From an uncultured Luteitalea sp. (GTDB lineage: Bacteria > Acidobacteriota > Vicinamibacteria > Vicinamibacterales > Vicinamibacteraceae), in the NCBI GenBank assembly GCA_964422175.1, contig CAYRAE010000001.1:1-57416 (forward strand): DNA of 57,416 nt, read 5' to 3'. The translations under genes were made by a program, and so were the position numbers. Positions within the stretch are counted from its first letter, which is position 1; every line of letters starts with the position of its first letter. Shown here piece by piece: positions 29,258-38,886 of this stretch. Under the pieces are notes generated by a model. That model saw only the letters and a program-made list of their open reading frames with translations. It had not been told where the DNA came from and did not search any database.

Positions 29258-30481
29258 CTATGGCGTGCAGTCGGCGTGCGCCCCGACGCCGCGTCCTGTC
29301 GCAAGCGAGTCGACCAGACGCTCGTAGTCGACCTGCCGCGCCTGCCAGCTGAGAGTATTCGCAAAGTCGAAAGCCGCGCGGGTCTTTACGGCTTGTTCAT
29401 CTGGATGCGCGTAGACGTTCCACATGACACGAGCCAGGCACTCGGCGTCGCCTGGTTCGAAGAAGTTCACCAGGTCGTCATTGAAGTAGTGCGCGTCGAT
29501 GCGTGTGCGCGCGACGATCACGGGCACACCGGAAGCCATGAACTCGAGAATCTTCGTACTGAAGGCTTCATTGCCGAAGCCGTCGGCTCGCTTGGGCACG
29601 ACACCGACACTCGCGGCACTCATGATCTCGGCAATCTGCACCGACGGTAGAAAATCCTTGAACTGAACCACGTCCTCGAGGTCACGCTCGCGCACGAGCT
29701 GGCGCAACATCGGGAGCGCAGGCCCACGACCGTACACGTGCAACTGCGCCGTGGGCACGGACTGGCGAATCCTCGCGAGTGCCTCGACAGCCAGGTCGAC
29801 GCCTTGGTGGTGGTTGAGCGACCCTGGATACAGGAATACGTATGGTCGACCTTCGTCCTGGCGGAGTGACCGCGGCCGGAACAGTGTCAGGTCCGGGTGG
29901 TTGATGAAGACGGTGCACCTGTCCGGAGATGCGCTTCGACGAGTGAGGGTCTCCACCCACAAGTCATTGGACGCGATGACGTGGTCAGCAAACCGACACG
30001 ACCATCGCTCGACAGTCGTCAGGACGACGAACGTTCGTGATGGCTTCCCTTGCGCGAACTTGCCGGCGTACAGCTCCGGCATCATGTCGTGGATGTCGAG
30101 GATCAGACCTGCGCCCATCAGCTTGGGAAGCCACGCTGCGAAGACCAGGAAGTCCGGGACGTTGTGTACGTGCACGACGTCGTAGCGACGACGAAGCTGG
30201 AGCCAACTGATCACCAGCATTGACTTGAACCAGAACCAGAGCAGCTTCAGAAGGTAGACCCACGCCGCCCGCTCCGTCGTCGATCGACGCTGGATCTGGT
30301 AGATGCATGTGCCGTCCTGGTTGACCAACCAGCGACCACCTGCTGGGCGAAGTGCGACGACGTCGACGTGGTCCCCTCTGTTGGCAAGCGTGCGCACGTA
30401 GCGCATGACCCGGTTGTCGGACTGATGGAACGTATACGCGAGATGACAGACACGTAGTGGTCGCCGGGGTGGCGTGTTCAT
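29258..30481 (-). CDS. glycosyltransferase family 4
   Basis: D.RV.R, HVHNVPDFL, DIHD..PE, STKILEFMASG.PVI. Confidence 0.9.
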   Translation of the reverse strand: MNTPPRRPLRVCHLAYTFHQSDNRVMRYVRTLANRGDHVDVVALRPAGGRWLVNQDGTCIYQIQRRSTTERAAWVYLLKLLWFWFKSMLVISWLQLRRRYDVVHVHNVPDFLVFAAWLPKLMGAGLILDIHDMMPELYAGKFAQGKPSRTFVVLTTVERWSCRFADHVIASNDLWVETLTRRSASPDRCTVFINHPDLTLFRPRSLRQDEGRPYVFLYPGSLNHHQGVDLAVEALARIRQSVPTAQLHVYGRGPALPMLRQLVRERDLEDVVQFKDFLPSVQIAEIMSAASVGVVPKRADGFGNEAFSTKILEFMASGVPVIVARTRIDAHYFNDDLVNFFEPGDAECLARVMWNVYAHPDEQAVKTRAAFDFANTLSWQARQVDYERLVDSLATGRGVGAHADCTP

Positions 30482-30491
30482 TTCGTTCGTG

Positions 30492-31427
30492 TTACAGCGA
30501 AGTGCCGGTGGAAAGACCGTCGGCTCCACGACGGCGGCGGCCGAATGCGCGCAACCGCTCCAGTTGTTCGGCGCGGTGGAAGGCGCGAAGCTCGGTGGGC
30601 ACCGGACTTTCCAGACGACGAGCCCATGCCCAGACGTAGCCGGCGATGAGACATGCCCCTCCGAGCACGTACGGCTTCTGTCTCATCTGGAACACGGACC
30701 GCAGCAGCTGCCACCCTGGATGCGCGCCGACCAGGAAGTCCTTCTCGCCATGGCGCAGCCGAGCCCGAAGCACTCCACGGTCGGCCGTGCCCATGCTCCG
30801 ATGATGAAAGCACCGCTGCTCGAGGAAGGTTTGCGTCGTCCACCCGCGCATCCGCGCCGTCGTCACCGCGACCCAGTCGATGGCGCCCTGCTTGACGGGC
30901 ACGTAGCCTCCGACCTGTTCCAGGCACTCGCGGCGAAAGAACTGACAGGCTCCCGACACGTGACGGGTGTCGGCGAAGCGATGCGCGTAGCTGTGTGCGT
31001 CAGGCTTGTCGGGATCCTCGATGAAGGGCGTCCCTGCGACGCCGAGCCGGGGCATCACCATGAAGCGACCGACGAGAAACTCGTAGTAGTCCGGTGGAAG
31101 CGTGATGTCGGCGTCGAGGTTTCCGACGAGGTCGAACGACTCGGCACGCAGAGATTCGTAGCCCGCGTTGAAGGCACGTGCCTTGCCCGCGAAATGCCGC
31201 TCTGCGGGTCGTTCGAGGCGCAGCAAAGCAATCCACGGCTCTGCCGCGGCCGCCTCACGAACAATGTCGTCTGTGCGATCCCGTGAGCCGTCGCTGACGA
31301 TGACCCAGCGGACCGGGCGGAGCGTCTGCGCGCGCACGGAGGCGATCAGCGCCGGCAGATGCGCCTCTTCATTCCACGCCGCGGTGATCAGCGCGTACCG
31401 CAACGGTGTGGTGCTATCGCTCGGCAT
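30492..31427 (-). CDS. glycosyltransferase family 2
   Basis: ITAAWNEE, WVIVSDGS.D.T, NLDADI. Confidence 0.9.
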   Translation of the reverse strand: MPSDSTTPLRYALITAAWNEEAHLPALIASVRAQTLRPVRWVIVSDGSRDRTDDIVREAAAAEPWIALLRLERPAERHFAGKARAFNAGYESLRAESFDLVGNLDADITLPPDYYEFLVGRFMVMPRLGVAGTPFIEDPDKPDAHSYAHRFADTRHVSGACQFFRRECLEQVGGYVPVKQGAIDWVAVTTARMRGWTTQTFLEQRCFHHRSMGTADRGVLRARLRHGEKDFLVGAHPGWQLLRSVFQMRQKPYVLGGACLIAGYVWAWARRLESPVPTELRAFHRAEQLERLRAFGRRRRGADGLSTGTSL

Positions 31428-32616
31428 GAAGGGTGTCGAGTGTCACCGCGAGCGCTTTGGCCATCGTGCCCTGGCCCCAGTGGAGCATGGGTGTGTTCAC
31501 TTTCGTCCACCCGATGTCCCGATACATGAAGTGACCGTCTCGCGCCTGCAGGTTGGCGATCGTCCAATCCGCGACGCGAAGGGCCAGCGGCAGGGCTCTC
31601 GCATCCAACGCGCGGAGGTGGACGAGGGTCTCGATGGCCTGAGCCGCGCACTGGATGTCCACCGGATACGTCGCATCATGAAAATATTTCGGGCGTCCGT
31701 CGACCTCGAAGAACGTCTCGACGAAGTAGCGGAAGCCCGCGACGAGCGCGTCGTCGAATGAGGCGTCGCCGAGCGCCTGCCGATAGATGTCCACCGCAAC
31801 GAGGTTGTAGCCGGTGTGGAAGTTGTCCACCCAGTGGTACTTCGGCTCTTCGGCGTAGAACCATGAGCCGTTCGGCCGGATCCGCGCACACGTGTACCAC
31901 ACGGCTTCACGAGCCAGCGCTTTGACGTCGGGGTTTCCGGTCTTCGCTCCCAGCCTCGCCAGGAACGCGCCGCCCATCACACTCGCGTTGTGAATCGAAT
32001 TCTGTCGGTACGTGACGTAACTGAGGCAGACGCCTCGATCGGTCCGCTCTGCCGGCAGGGCCTGCATCCAGCGTCCGGCGCTTTCAGCCACGTCGAGGTA
32101 CCGCGCGTCTCCGAGAACGTCGTAGGCCTGGAGGAACACGAGGCCAATCAAAGATGTCCAGATGAGTGTCGGTTCGTTCTTCGGACGGCGGCCACTCCGT
32201 GTCGCGTACTCATACGGATCGCCCCAACTGAACTCGGCGTTGCGGGGCGCGCGGTTGGCGATCAGCCAGTCGAGACACTTGCGGGCTTCGAGGGCACTCG
32301 GCGACTCCTGCTTGCGCCGATACTCGAGCAGGTGAGCCCAGGCCAGGTAGCCAAGGCCGATGGCCGACTCGTGCGGACGAACACCAAGGAAGGGCCGGAT
32401 GTTGAACGGCGCACGCAACACCACCTGTTGAAGCACGCGCATCGGCGGTACCTTGCCAAGCGTCAGCGGGAACAACAGCGACGAGTTGCCGTCGGCCGGC
32501 TCGTAGGCGCGATAGTCGTGCGCCTTGACCCACGCCAGGACACGCGCGAGGCTCGATTCGAGGCGCGCGATCGTATCGCCATTCACTCGTCCAGAGGGTG
32601 TTACCGGCTGGTTCAC
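31414..32616 (-). CDS. EPS-cluster protein, (alpha/alpha)6 glycosidase/epimerase-like
   Basis: IHNAS, GSW.Y, WVDNFHTGY, YPVDI, HWGQ motifs. Confidence 0.6.
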   Translation of the reverse strand: MNQPVTPSGRVNGDTIARLESSLARVLAWVKAHDYRAYEPADGNSSLLFPLTLGKVPPMRVLQQVVLRAPFNIRPFLGVRPHESAIGLGYLAWAHLLEYRRKQESPSALEARKCLDWLIANRAPRNAEFSWGDPYEYATRSGRRPKNEPTLIWTSLIGLVFLQAYDVLGDARYLDVAESAGRWMQALPAERTDRGVCLSYVTYRQNSIHNASVMGGAFLARLGAKTGNPDVKALAREAVWYTCARIRPNGSWFYAEEPKYHWVDNFHTGYNLVAVDIYRQALGDASFDDALVAGFRYFVETFFEVDGRPKYFHDATYPVDIQCAAQAIETLVHLRALDARALPLALRVADWTIANLQARDGHFMYRDIGWTKVNTPMLHWGQGTMAKALAVTLDTLHAER

Positions 32617-33407
32617 GACGCGGAACTCGCAAGGGGTGATGCGGCAGAGAAGTTATCGGCGCCCAACTGTCGGCAGACCTGTCCCATGGGCAGGACGCGA
32701 GCCCCTGACTGACACGCAAGATCGACGACCTTCGCGAAGCACTCCGGGGTGCATCCGTAGGCCGATGGATCGCTGTCCACATCGTGCGTCGAGAAGATCA
32801 GCCAGCCCCGGCTCGCGGCGTTTTCCGCGATGAGGCGCCCAATCGCGTCCATGTCGTCGCGGCTCTTCCAGTCCAGAAAGAACGACTTCAGTAGATGGAG
32901 ATCGGCTCGGCCGGTATTGAACACCTGCCCGCCACCTCTGCTGGCGAGGAAGTGCGGCCCTACGGCCTTCTTCACTGCCAGCGTGGGTCCTTCGAGCGGA
33001 TAGGCAAACACCTCCAACTCGATGCCGGGAATGAGCTCGGCGATGGCGTCGTGATTCGCCACGATCGATCGCTCGAACGCCTCGGGCCTCTCACGCGTGC
33101 CGTCAAGGTGCTCGCGGGTGTGGCAACCAACCTCGTGCCCTGCAGTGGCAACCTGTACGACGTCCTCGGGGCTGGCGATCGGTCCGGATGGACTCGGGCC
33201 TCCCAGCAGCGCCGACGACACGAAGTAGGTACCGCGCACGCCCCGCTCCTGGAGGATCCGGCCCCCGACGGTGTACGCCGTGCGCGGGAAGTCGTCGAAA
33301 GTGAACGAGACATACGGCACGGATGTCTGGAGAGGCAGGTCGCGGCGGGCCCAGCGATCGATGGCGTAGCGACGCCATTTGTTGCGCGCGCGGCGCATCA
33401 GGCCCAT
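32613..33407 (-). CDS. polysaccharide deacetylase (CE4/NodB-like)
   Basis: SFTFDD, GHEVGCHT..H, FAYP, WLIF.THDV. Confidence 0.9.
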   Translation of the reverse strand: MGLMRRARNKWRRYAIDRWARRDLPLQTSVPYVSFTFDDFPRTAYTVGGRILQERGVRGTYFVSSALLGGPSPSGPIASPEDVVQVATAGHEVGCHTREHLDGTRERPEAFERSIVANHDAIAELIPGIELEVFAYPLEGPTLAVKKAVGPHFLASRGGGQVFNTGRADLHLLKSFFLDWKSRDDMDAIGRLIAENAASRGWLIFSTHDVDSDPSAYGCTPECFAKVVDLACQSGARVLPMGQVCRQLGADNFSAASPLASSAS

Positions 33408-35194
33408 GGCGTCAGGACGTTCCCGTCAGCCGCATTGGTCGTTCTCGCGCGCTGCGCCCAGCGTGCGCCGTCGAGAAGCTCCCGGTCGGCAACGATCAGC
33501 GTCATGGCCTTGTCGAGCGCGTCGGTGTAGTTCGCCTTACCACGGCAGTGCAGGTCAGCCATTTCTCGCAGCCGCACGCGATCTATCCACGGTTCGAGTC
33601 GAGGCGCCGGCTCAGACAACACCTCGATCACGGTCGGCGCCAACTGATGCCGCATCCAGTGACGGAAATGATAGAACTTGTCCACGCCGAGAAAACGTCG
33701 CTCGAGGACAGGTGCCGGCAGCACGCTGGCCGCGCGGGCCACCCAGTCGGGCGCGCCGTGACTGGTCATGTACTCGGCCTTGATCACCAGCCGGCGCCAC
33801 TGCTGCCGAAACCGCGCGTCTCGAGTGACCAACACACCGGCGTCGGTCGGCATGGCCAGCAGCTTCGGCTCCTGACCGATCACCGCCGCGGCCGATGCAC
33901 TCGCCCTCCTCGTCTCTGGGGCAGCACTGTAGAGTGCGTCGACGACCCTCGGCGCCAGGAATGGCGTCCGCGTCACCACCTGCGAGCGCTCGATCGCGTA
34001 ACGGCCGTAGCCTTGCAGCGGGATCTGGTGGAACAGCGCGCCAGACAAGGGATCGGCAATCGCCGGCGAGAAGGCGGCCTCCGACGCGGCAATGCTGGTC
34101 AGCGCCTCCGGACGAAGAAAACCGCCCTTCGGCATGCTGAACTTGAAGGCGCGCACGCCCCTCATCAACTCGCCACCCCAGTTGCCCGTCATCCGCGCCG
34201 GGGCAATCGTTCGTGCCAGGCGATTGACGTGCAACTCAGCGGCTCCAGACAGACCAAGATATCCATCGGAAGCATAGACCGAACGATCGAATGTCGTGGC
34301 AAAGCCGGCCAGGAAGTCGTGCCCCAGATCGATCACCTGATGACTCAGGCCGCACGCTTTCGCGACGGCCCTGGCGATGGCAACGTCTCCAGTCGTCCGG
34401 TACATGCTGCCGAACGTGAACGTGGGCACGCGTTCATTGCTGCCGAGGCAGGCGGCAACCATCCGCGAATCGAGACCGCCGGTCAGCGATAGTGCCGTGG
34501 GCGGCAACGCCGCAGCCTCGGCGAGAACTTCGTCTCGCAGCGCGCTGGTGAACGCGTCGCGGAATGCGGCCGGCTCGACAGGCGCACGCCCCTCGAAGTC
34601 GCGCTCCGTGGCGTACCGACGCCGTTCGATGCCAGCGCGGTCGAATGTCACGCGCGTGCCAGGTTCGAGGACGTCGATGCCGGCGTACAGCGATCGCGTC
34701 GTCAGCGTACACCCGCACGCGAGGAGCTCGGCGATCCCGCGTGCGTCGAACGACCGCGTCGAGGGGCACACGGCAAGGATCGCCTTGGCCTCCGACGCGA
34801 AGAACGTCCGCGAGCCCGTCGTGTGGGTGAAGATCCGCTCTCGGCCAAAGCGGTCGTTGAATACTATGAGCCTCGACGCGTCTTCGTCGGCCACGACTCC
34901 CGCGCAGACGCCATCCAGCGAATTGAAGGCCGCCTCGGCGGACTCGAGCCGCGCCGGTCTACGTGCACGCTCGCCAGTCGTCATCGTGAACACGCGGCCG
35001 GCAGCGAGCTCGGAGGCGGCGATCTCCACGCTCCCGACGCATGCGCCGACAGCCGGCAGGCTGGCCATCGTCGTCGCGTACCACGATTCGAGCTGCATGG
35101 CATCCAGCATCTGTCTCACGGAAGCAAGCACTTCCGCGGGAAGGACAGCGGCCCCCGAGAGTGATGCATCGATGACGCCGAAGATGCCTGGCAT
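33398..35194 (-). CDS. asparagine-synthase-like amide ligase/amidotransferase lacking the N-terminal Cys
   Basis: Starts MPGIFG; NDRFG, FASEAKA, PP-loop SLTGGLDSR, RTPFL. Confidence 0.85.
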   Translation of the reverse strand: MPGIFGVIDASLSGAAVLPAEVLASVRQMLDAMQLESWYATTMASLPAVGACVGSVEIAASELAAGRVFTMTTGERARRPARLESAEAAFNSLDGVCAGVVADEDASRLIVFNDRFGRERIFTHTTGSRTFFASEAKAILAVCPSTRSFDARGIAELLACGCTLTTRSLYAGIDVLEPGTRVTFDRAGIERRRYATERDFEGRAPVEPAAFRDAFTSALRDEVLAEAAALPPTALSLTGGLDSRMVAACLGSNERVPTFTFGSMYRTTGDVAIARAVAKACGLSHQVIDLGHDFLAGFATTFDRSVYASDGYLGLSGAAELHVNRLARTIAPARMTGNWGGELMRGVRAFKFSMPKGGFLRPEALTSIAASEAAFSPAIADPLSGALFHQIPLQGYGRYAIERSQVVTRTPFLAPRVVDALYSAAPETRRASASAAAVIGQEPKLLAMPTDAGVLVTRDARFRQQWRRLVIKAEYMTSHGAPDWVARAASVLPAPVLERRFLGVDKFYHFRHWMRHQLAPTVIEVLSEPAPRLEPWIDRVRLREMADLHCRGKANYTDALDKAMTLIVADRELLDGARWAQRARTTNAADGNVLTPWA

Positions 35195-35362
35195 GCCTAC
35201 TGGTGGTGCCTATCGTCGCACCGAGGCGACGGCTCGAGAGCCGCGCTCGAGAGCCAACTGCATGGAACGGTCCTGGAGAACGAGTGTGGAGAAAGGCCAT
35301 GTCGTAAGGTTGTCAACCCGCGACAACCTCGCGTGCAGGACAAGGGCGGACACGTACAGGAA

Positions 35363-35437
35363 TGGAGCCGGCGAAAGGAATCGAACACTCTGTCTACCGA
35401 ATACGATTCGGTTGCTTTACCACTAAGCTACACCGGC
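35363..35437 (-). tRNA. tRNA-Thr(CGT), atypical
   Basis: GCCGGTG TA GCTT AGTGGTA AAGC A ACCGA ATCGTAT TCGGT AGAC AGAGTG TTCGATT CCTTT CGCCGGC T CCA: full cloverleaf with encoded CCA, a bulged T-stem and A32/U38. Confidence 0.88.
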
Positions 35438-35458
35438 ACATCGTTGCAGCCAGACGGG

Positions 35459-35467
35459 ATTCTATCA
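35459..35467 (-). promoter_or_regulatory. extended -10 promoter upstream of the tRNA
   Basis: TGATAGAAT (TGn + TAGAAT) about 20 nt upstream of the tRNA 5' end. Confidence 0.5.
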
Positions 35468-35495
35468 CCTCGCCGGCACACGAGCGTCTACAAAC

Positions 35496-36470
35496 TCAGT
35501 CCGCGGTCGCCTCATTCAATGAGGCGGCCGTGCGCCTGCCCATGGTCGCGGCTCTGACTCTCCGTATGGCCTCGATCACGCTGCCGGGCAGGAGTCCGAT
35601 CAGCCCGCGATGCAGCCGCAGTGCGACCACTGCACGTCCCCACAGCGACAGCGGCACGTAATAGCGTGGGAACCGCACCTCTTCGAAACCGTTCCGCCGT
35701 TTGAACTCGGCCATCGAGTCATGACCCTTGTTACCGTAGTGAAACCGGCTGTACACCAGCCGGGCCATGCCATCAGCGTGGGCCATTTGCATGGCACGCG
35801 CGATCATCGCGTTCATGGGCCGCTTGTCGGCATGGTGCACGCTGCCGAGGATCTGCATGGTGACAGCGGTGCGCTCGACGTACACCAGCTTCATGAATCC
35901 GATCAGCACGTCGCCGTGATACGCACCGATGAATCGACTGTTGTCCAGGTAGGTACTGTTCTCGGCTCTGACGATGTCAAGGTGTTTCCCGTAATGCCAG
36001 AAGGGGCGTCCCTGCCGAACGGGTGTCTCGTCGTAGAGCGCCTTGATGCCATGAAGAAGCGCTTCGTCAAGGACTACCTGCCGTATCTCGACACCGCGGC
36101 GACCGGCTCGCCTCACGTTCTTGCGGGCCTCCTGTGGGAGGCTGTCCCACCACTCCTCGTAGCGATTCGCCGGCGCCACTGCGGCATTGTCCCACTCGTG
36201 GTAGTACCTGTGCGCGACGGTCAGATCCTCGAGCGACTCCGAGAAAGTGAACACGTCAGCGCGGATACTCGCCGATCTGAGCGCTCGCTTGACCGCGACG
36301 GGATCGAGTGCGTCGCCAGTGAAACCGATCCCGTACACGCTCGCCATGCGAATCCAGCGTCCTGTGACGACAACGGTCTTGCCTCCGACGTCCACAGCAG
36401 GCACGCGAACTGACGTGCCTCTTACGGAGATGCGTGCGAAGTTGTCGGCCATGGTCCGGCTGCTCGACAT
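35496..36470 (-). CDS. FemAB-like/GNAT-fold transferase
   Basis: WW..L...ARKNVRRAGRRGVEIR, FIGAY....LIG, SMAEFKRRNGF; start may be 36452. Confidence 0.7.
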   Translation of the reverse strand: MSSSRTMADNFARISVRGTSVRVPAVDVGGKTVVVTGRWIRMASVYGIGFTGDALDPVAVKRALRSASIRADVFTFSESLEDLTVAHRYYHEWDNAAVAPANRYEEWWDSLPQEARKNVRRAGRRGVEIRQVVLDEALLHGIKALYDETPVRQGRPFWHYGKHLDIVRAENSTYLDNSRFIGAYHGDVLIGFMKLVYVERTAVTMQILGSVHHADKRPMNAMIARAMQMAHADGMARLVYSRFHYGNKGHDSMAEFKRRNGFEEVRFPRYYVPLSLWGRAVVALRLHRGLIGLLPGSVIEAIRRVRAATMGRRTAASLNEATAD

Positions 36471-36474
36471 TGGC

Positions 36475-37668
36475 TCAGCAGACGACGGTGCATGTCGTGA
36501 ACGAGGCGACTGGGACGACAACTTGTCTCTGCTGCTCGCTCGACAACCCCGGGAACATCGGCAGCGACAGAATTTCCTTCGCGGCCTTCTCCGTCACGGG
36601 CAGCGCGCCTTCCGCGTAGCCCCACTCGCGGTAGCACTTCTGCAGGTGGACGGGCAGTGGGTAGTGCAGGCCCGTGTGTACGCCCTGCGCCTTGAGGTGC
36701 TCCGCGAGCGCGTCGCGCTGGGGGTGGCGGATCACGTAGAGGTGGTAGATGCCGCGGCTGTCGTCGGGTTCGTACGGCAGCGTCACGTCGGGGACGCCGG
36801 CGAGGAGTTCCGCATATCGCGCGGCGGCTTCGCGGCGCTGGTCGTTCCAGGCTGCCAGGTGGCGCAGCTTGATGCGGAGGAACCCGGCCTGGATCGCGTC
36901 GAGGCGGCCGTTCCAGCCTTCGAGGTCGTGGTAGTACTTCTGCGCCTGGCCGTGCTCGCGCAGCATGCGGATCGTCGCGGCCACGTCGGCGTCGTCCGTG
37001 GTCACCGCGCCCGCCTCGCCGCACGCGCCGAGGTTCTTGCCGGGGTAGAAGCTGAACGCGGCGGCCTTGCCGAACGATCCGGCGCGGCGCCACGAACCGT
37101 CGCGCATGCGGCGCGCGGCGCCCTGCGCCTGCGCGGCGTCTTCCACCACGATCAGGCCGTAGCGATCGGCGATCGCCTGGATCGCCTCGATGTCGACAAC
37201 CTGGCCGTAGAGATGCACCGGGACCACGGCGCGAATCGGCGTGCCCGTGCGCTGGCCGACGGGACGGCCGGTGGCCGCGTCGGTGGCGCACGCGGCGAGG
37301 TACGCCTCGAGCGCGTCTGGGCTCATGCCGTACGTGCGCGCGTCGATGTCCACGAATTCGGTCTCGGCGCCCGCCTGGCTGATCGCCTCCGTCGTCGCGA
37401 TGAAGGTGTGCGACACGGTGACCACCGCGTCGCCCTTCCCCACGCCGGCGCCCATCAGCGCGAAGCGCACGGCGTCCGTGCCGTTGGCCACGCCCACGCA
37501 GTACTTCGCGCCGCAGAAGTCGGCGAATTCGCGTTCAAACGCCTCCACCTGCGCGCCGCCGATGAAGGCCGCGGAGCGGAGAGCCTGGCGGAACGAGTCG
37601 ACGAGCTCGTCTTCGAGCTCGCGGTGGGGGGTGATCAAATCGAGAAACGGGACGGGGGGAGTGGACAT
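36475..37668 (-). CDS. DegT/DnrJ/EryC1/StrS sugar aminotransferase
   Basis: NGTDA, PVHLYGQ, EDAAQAQGA, FSFYPGKNLGA.GE.G, NGRLDAIQA. Confidence 0.95.
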   Translation of the reverse strand: MSTPPVPFLDLITPHRELEDELVDSFRQALRSAAFIGGAQVEAFEREFADFCGAKYCVGVANGTDAVRFALMGAGVGKGDAVVTVSHTFIATTEAISQAGAETEFVDIDARTYGMSPDALEAYLAACATDAATGRPVGQRTGTPIRAVVPVHLYGQVVDIEAIQAIADRYGLIVVEDAAQAQGAARRMRDGSWRRAGSFGKAAAFSFYPGKNLGACGEAGAVTTDDADVAATIRMLREHGQAQKYYHDLEGWNGRLDAIQAGFLRIKLRHLAAWNDQRREAAARYAELLAGVPDVTLPYEPDDSRGIYHLYVIRHPQRDALAEHLKAQGVHTGLHYPLPVHLQKCYREWGYAEGALPVTEKAAKEILSLPMFPGLSSEQQRQVVVPVASFTTCTVVC

Positions 37669-37684
37669 GATGGCAGAAGGACGT

Positions 37685-37760
<76 letters not shown>

Positions 37761-38816
37761 TCAGCCGAGGTGGCGGTATACCAATCGGCCGGACAGGTCG
37801 AACAACGGGTCCGGTAGGCGGACCAGAGTTGCACGAGCGGCTCTTGCCAGAAGGTTCGGCGCACGTTGTTCTTCCATCATTCGGCATTCGGCATTCGGCA
37901 TTGCCCGCATTCCCGGCATTGCCCTGTACGTCAACACCCTCTGCTCCGCGCCGAGGTGGTCCTTGAAGGCGATGAGGCCTGGTTGATCGAGGTTCGATCG
38001 ACCGAGGTCCAGCGTTTCGAGACCGTCGGCGTGCGCCTGCTGGATGACGCGCCAGAAGAGGAACGGCATGCCGCCGAGCGCGTGGTGGCGCGCGTCGGAT
38101 CCGCCGTACTTATAGACGAGCGTGCGCGCGAACCGCAGCGTCACGATTGCCGCAATCGCCCTGCCCGCCTTGCGCGCCACGTGGACGGTGAACGCGTCGG
38201 CGCACCTGCGCGCGAGCGCGCGGAACCAGGCGATCGGCTGCGGCGGCACGCCGTGCCGGCGGCGCGTGAGGCGGAGCAGACCGAAGAACGTGGCGATGAG
38301 CGCGTCGGACCTGCCACTCTCGTAAGACAACGCTTCCCGTTCGGCTCGGCGGATTGCGCGGCGCGTGCTCGACGCATGGAAGCCCGCGAAGATCCGGTCC
38401 AGCGGCCGTGCCAGGTCGAGCGCGTGGATCGCGTACGACGCGGCGGCGGGCCAGCCGCACGCCATAGTCAACGGCCGCGCCTCGGCGCTGCGCCACTGCC
38501 CCTCTTCCATCCGCCGCCGCAACGCCGCGTACAGTTCCTCGGCATCCTCGTCTCGCGACACGAGCGGATCGCAGTGATCGGAGAACGGCAGGGCCACGAG
38601 GCGCTTCGCCCACCAGGTCCGCACGCGGCACGCGACGAGACCATCGTCGAGCGGCCCCTGCGCGGTTGTCGTCAGCACGAACGGTTCGTATCCGTATGTG
38701 TCGCGCAGCGCACCAAGCCACGCGGGTGAATGAAAGACCGTTGCACGCGGATGATGCTCGATGAAGCTCGCCCAGCGCGGGTCCTCGATCGGGTCGAGCG
38801 TGTGAACGGCGGTCAT
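37761..38816 (-). CDS. FemAB-like GNAT protein
   Basis: ATVFHS..W, LPFSDHCDPL, RRAIRRAERE, LDLGRS, GLIAFK..LGA. Confidence 0.85.
   Translation of the reverse strand: MTAVHTLDPIEDPRWASFIEHHPRATVFHSPAWLGALRDTYGYEPFVLTTTAQGPLDDGLVACRVRTWWAKRLVALPFSDHCDPLVSRDEDAEELYAALRRRMEEGQWRSAEARPLTMACGWPAAASYAIHALDLARPLDRIFAGFHASSTRRAIRRAEREALSYESGRSDALIATFFGLLRLTRRRHGVPPQPIAWFRALARRCADAFTVHVARKAGRAIAAIVTLRFARTLVYKYGGSDARHHALGGMPFLFWRVIQQAHADGLETLDLGRSNLDQPGLIAFKDHLGAEQRVLTYRAMPGMRAMPNAECRMMEEQRAPNLLARAARATLVRLPDPLFDLSGRLVYRHLG
37878..37920. repeat. (CATTCGG)3 plus degenerate copies inside the GNAT CDS
   Basis: Encodes the low-complexity insert RAMPGMRAMPNAECRMM. Confidence 0.8.
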
Positions 38817-38886
38817 TGCCAGGATTACTGACTGCCGGACAAAGTCCGGCAGCTACACCGAGCTGGCGGGTCGGCCGTCGCACCGC

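Noticed and set aside
33398..35388. Lasso-peptide cluster (AsnB-like cyclase plus the 63-aa ORF at 35197-35388 as precursor)
   Set aside because: No B1/B2 proteins and no precursor motif; the small ORF starts inside the tRNA; the context is EPS
35363..35437. tRNA as a genomic-island or prophage attachment site
   Set aside because: No integrase and no duplicated tRNA 3' end seen in the window; it is flanked by co-oriented EPS genes
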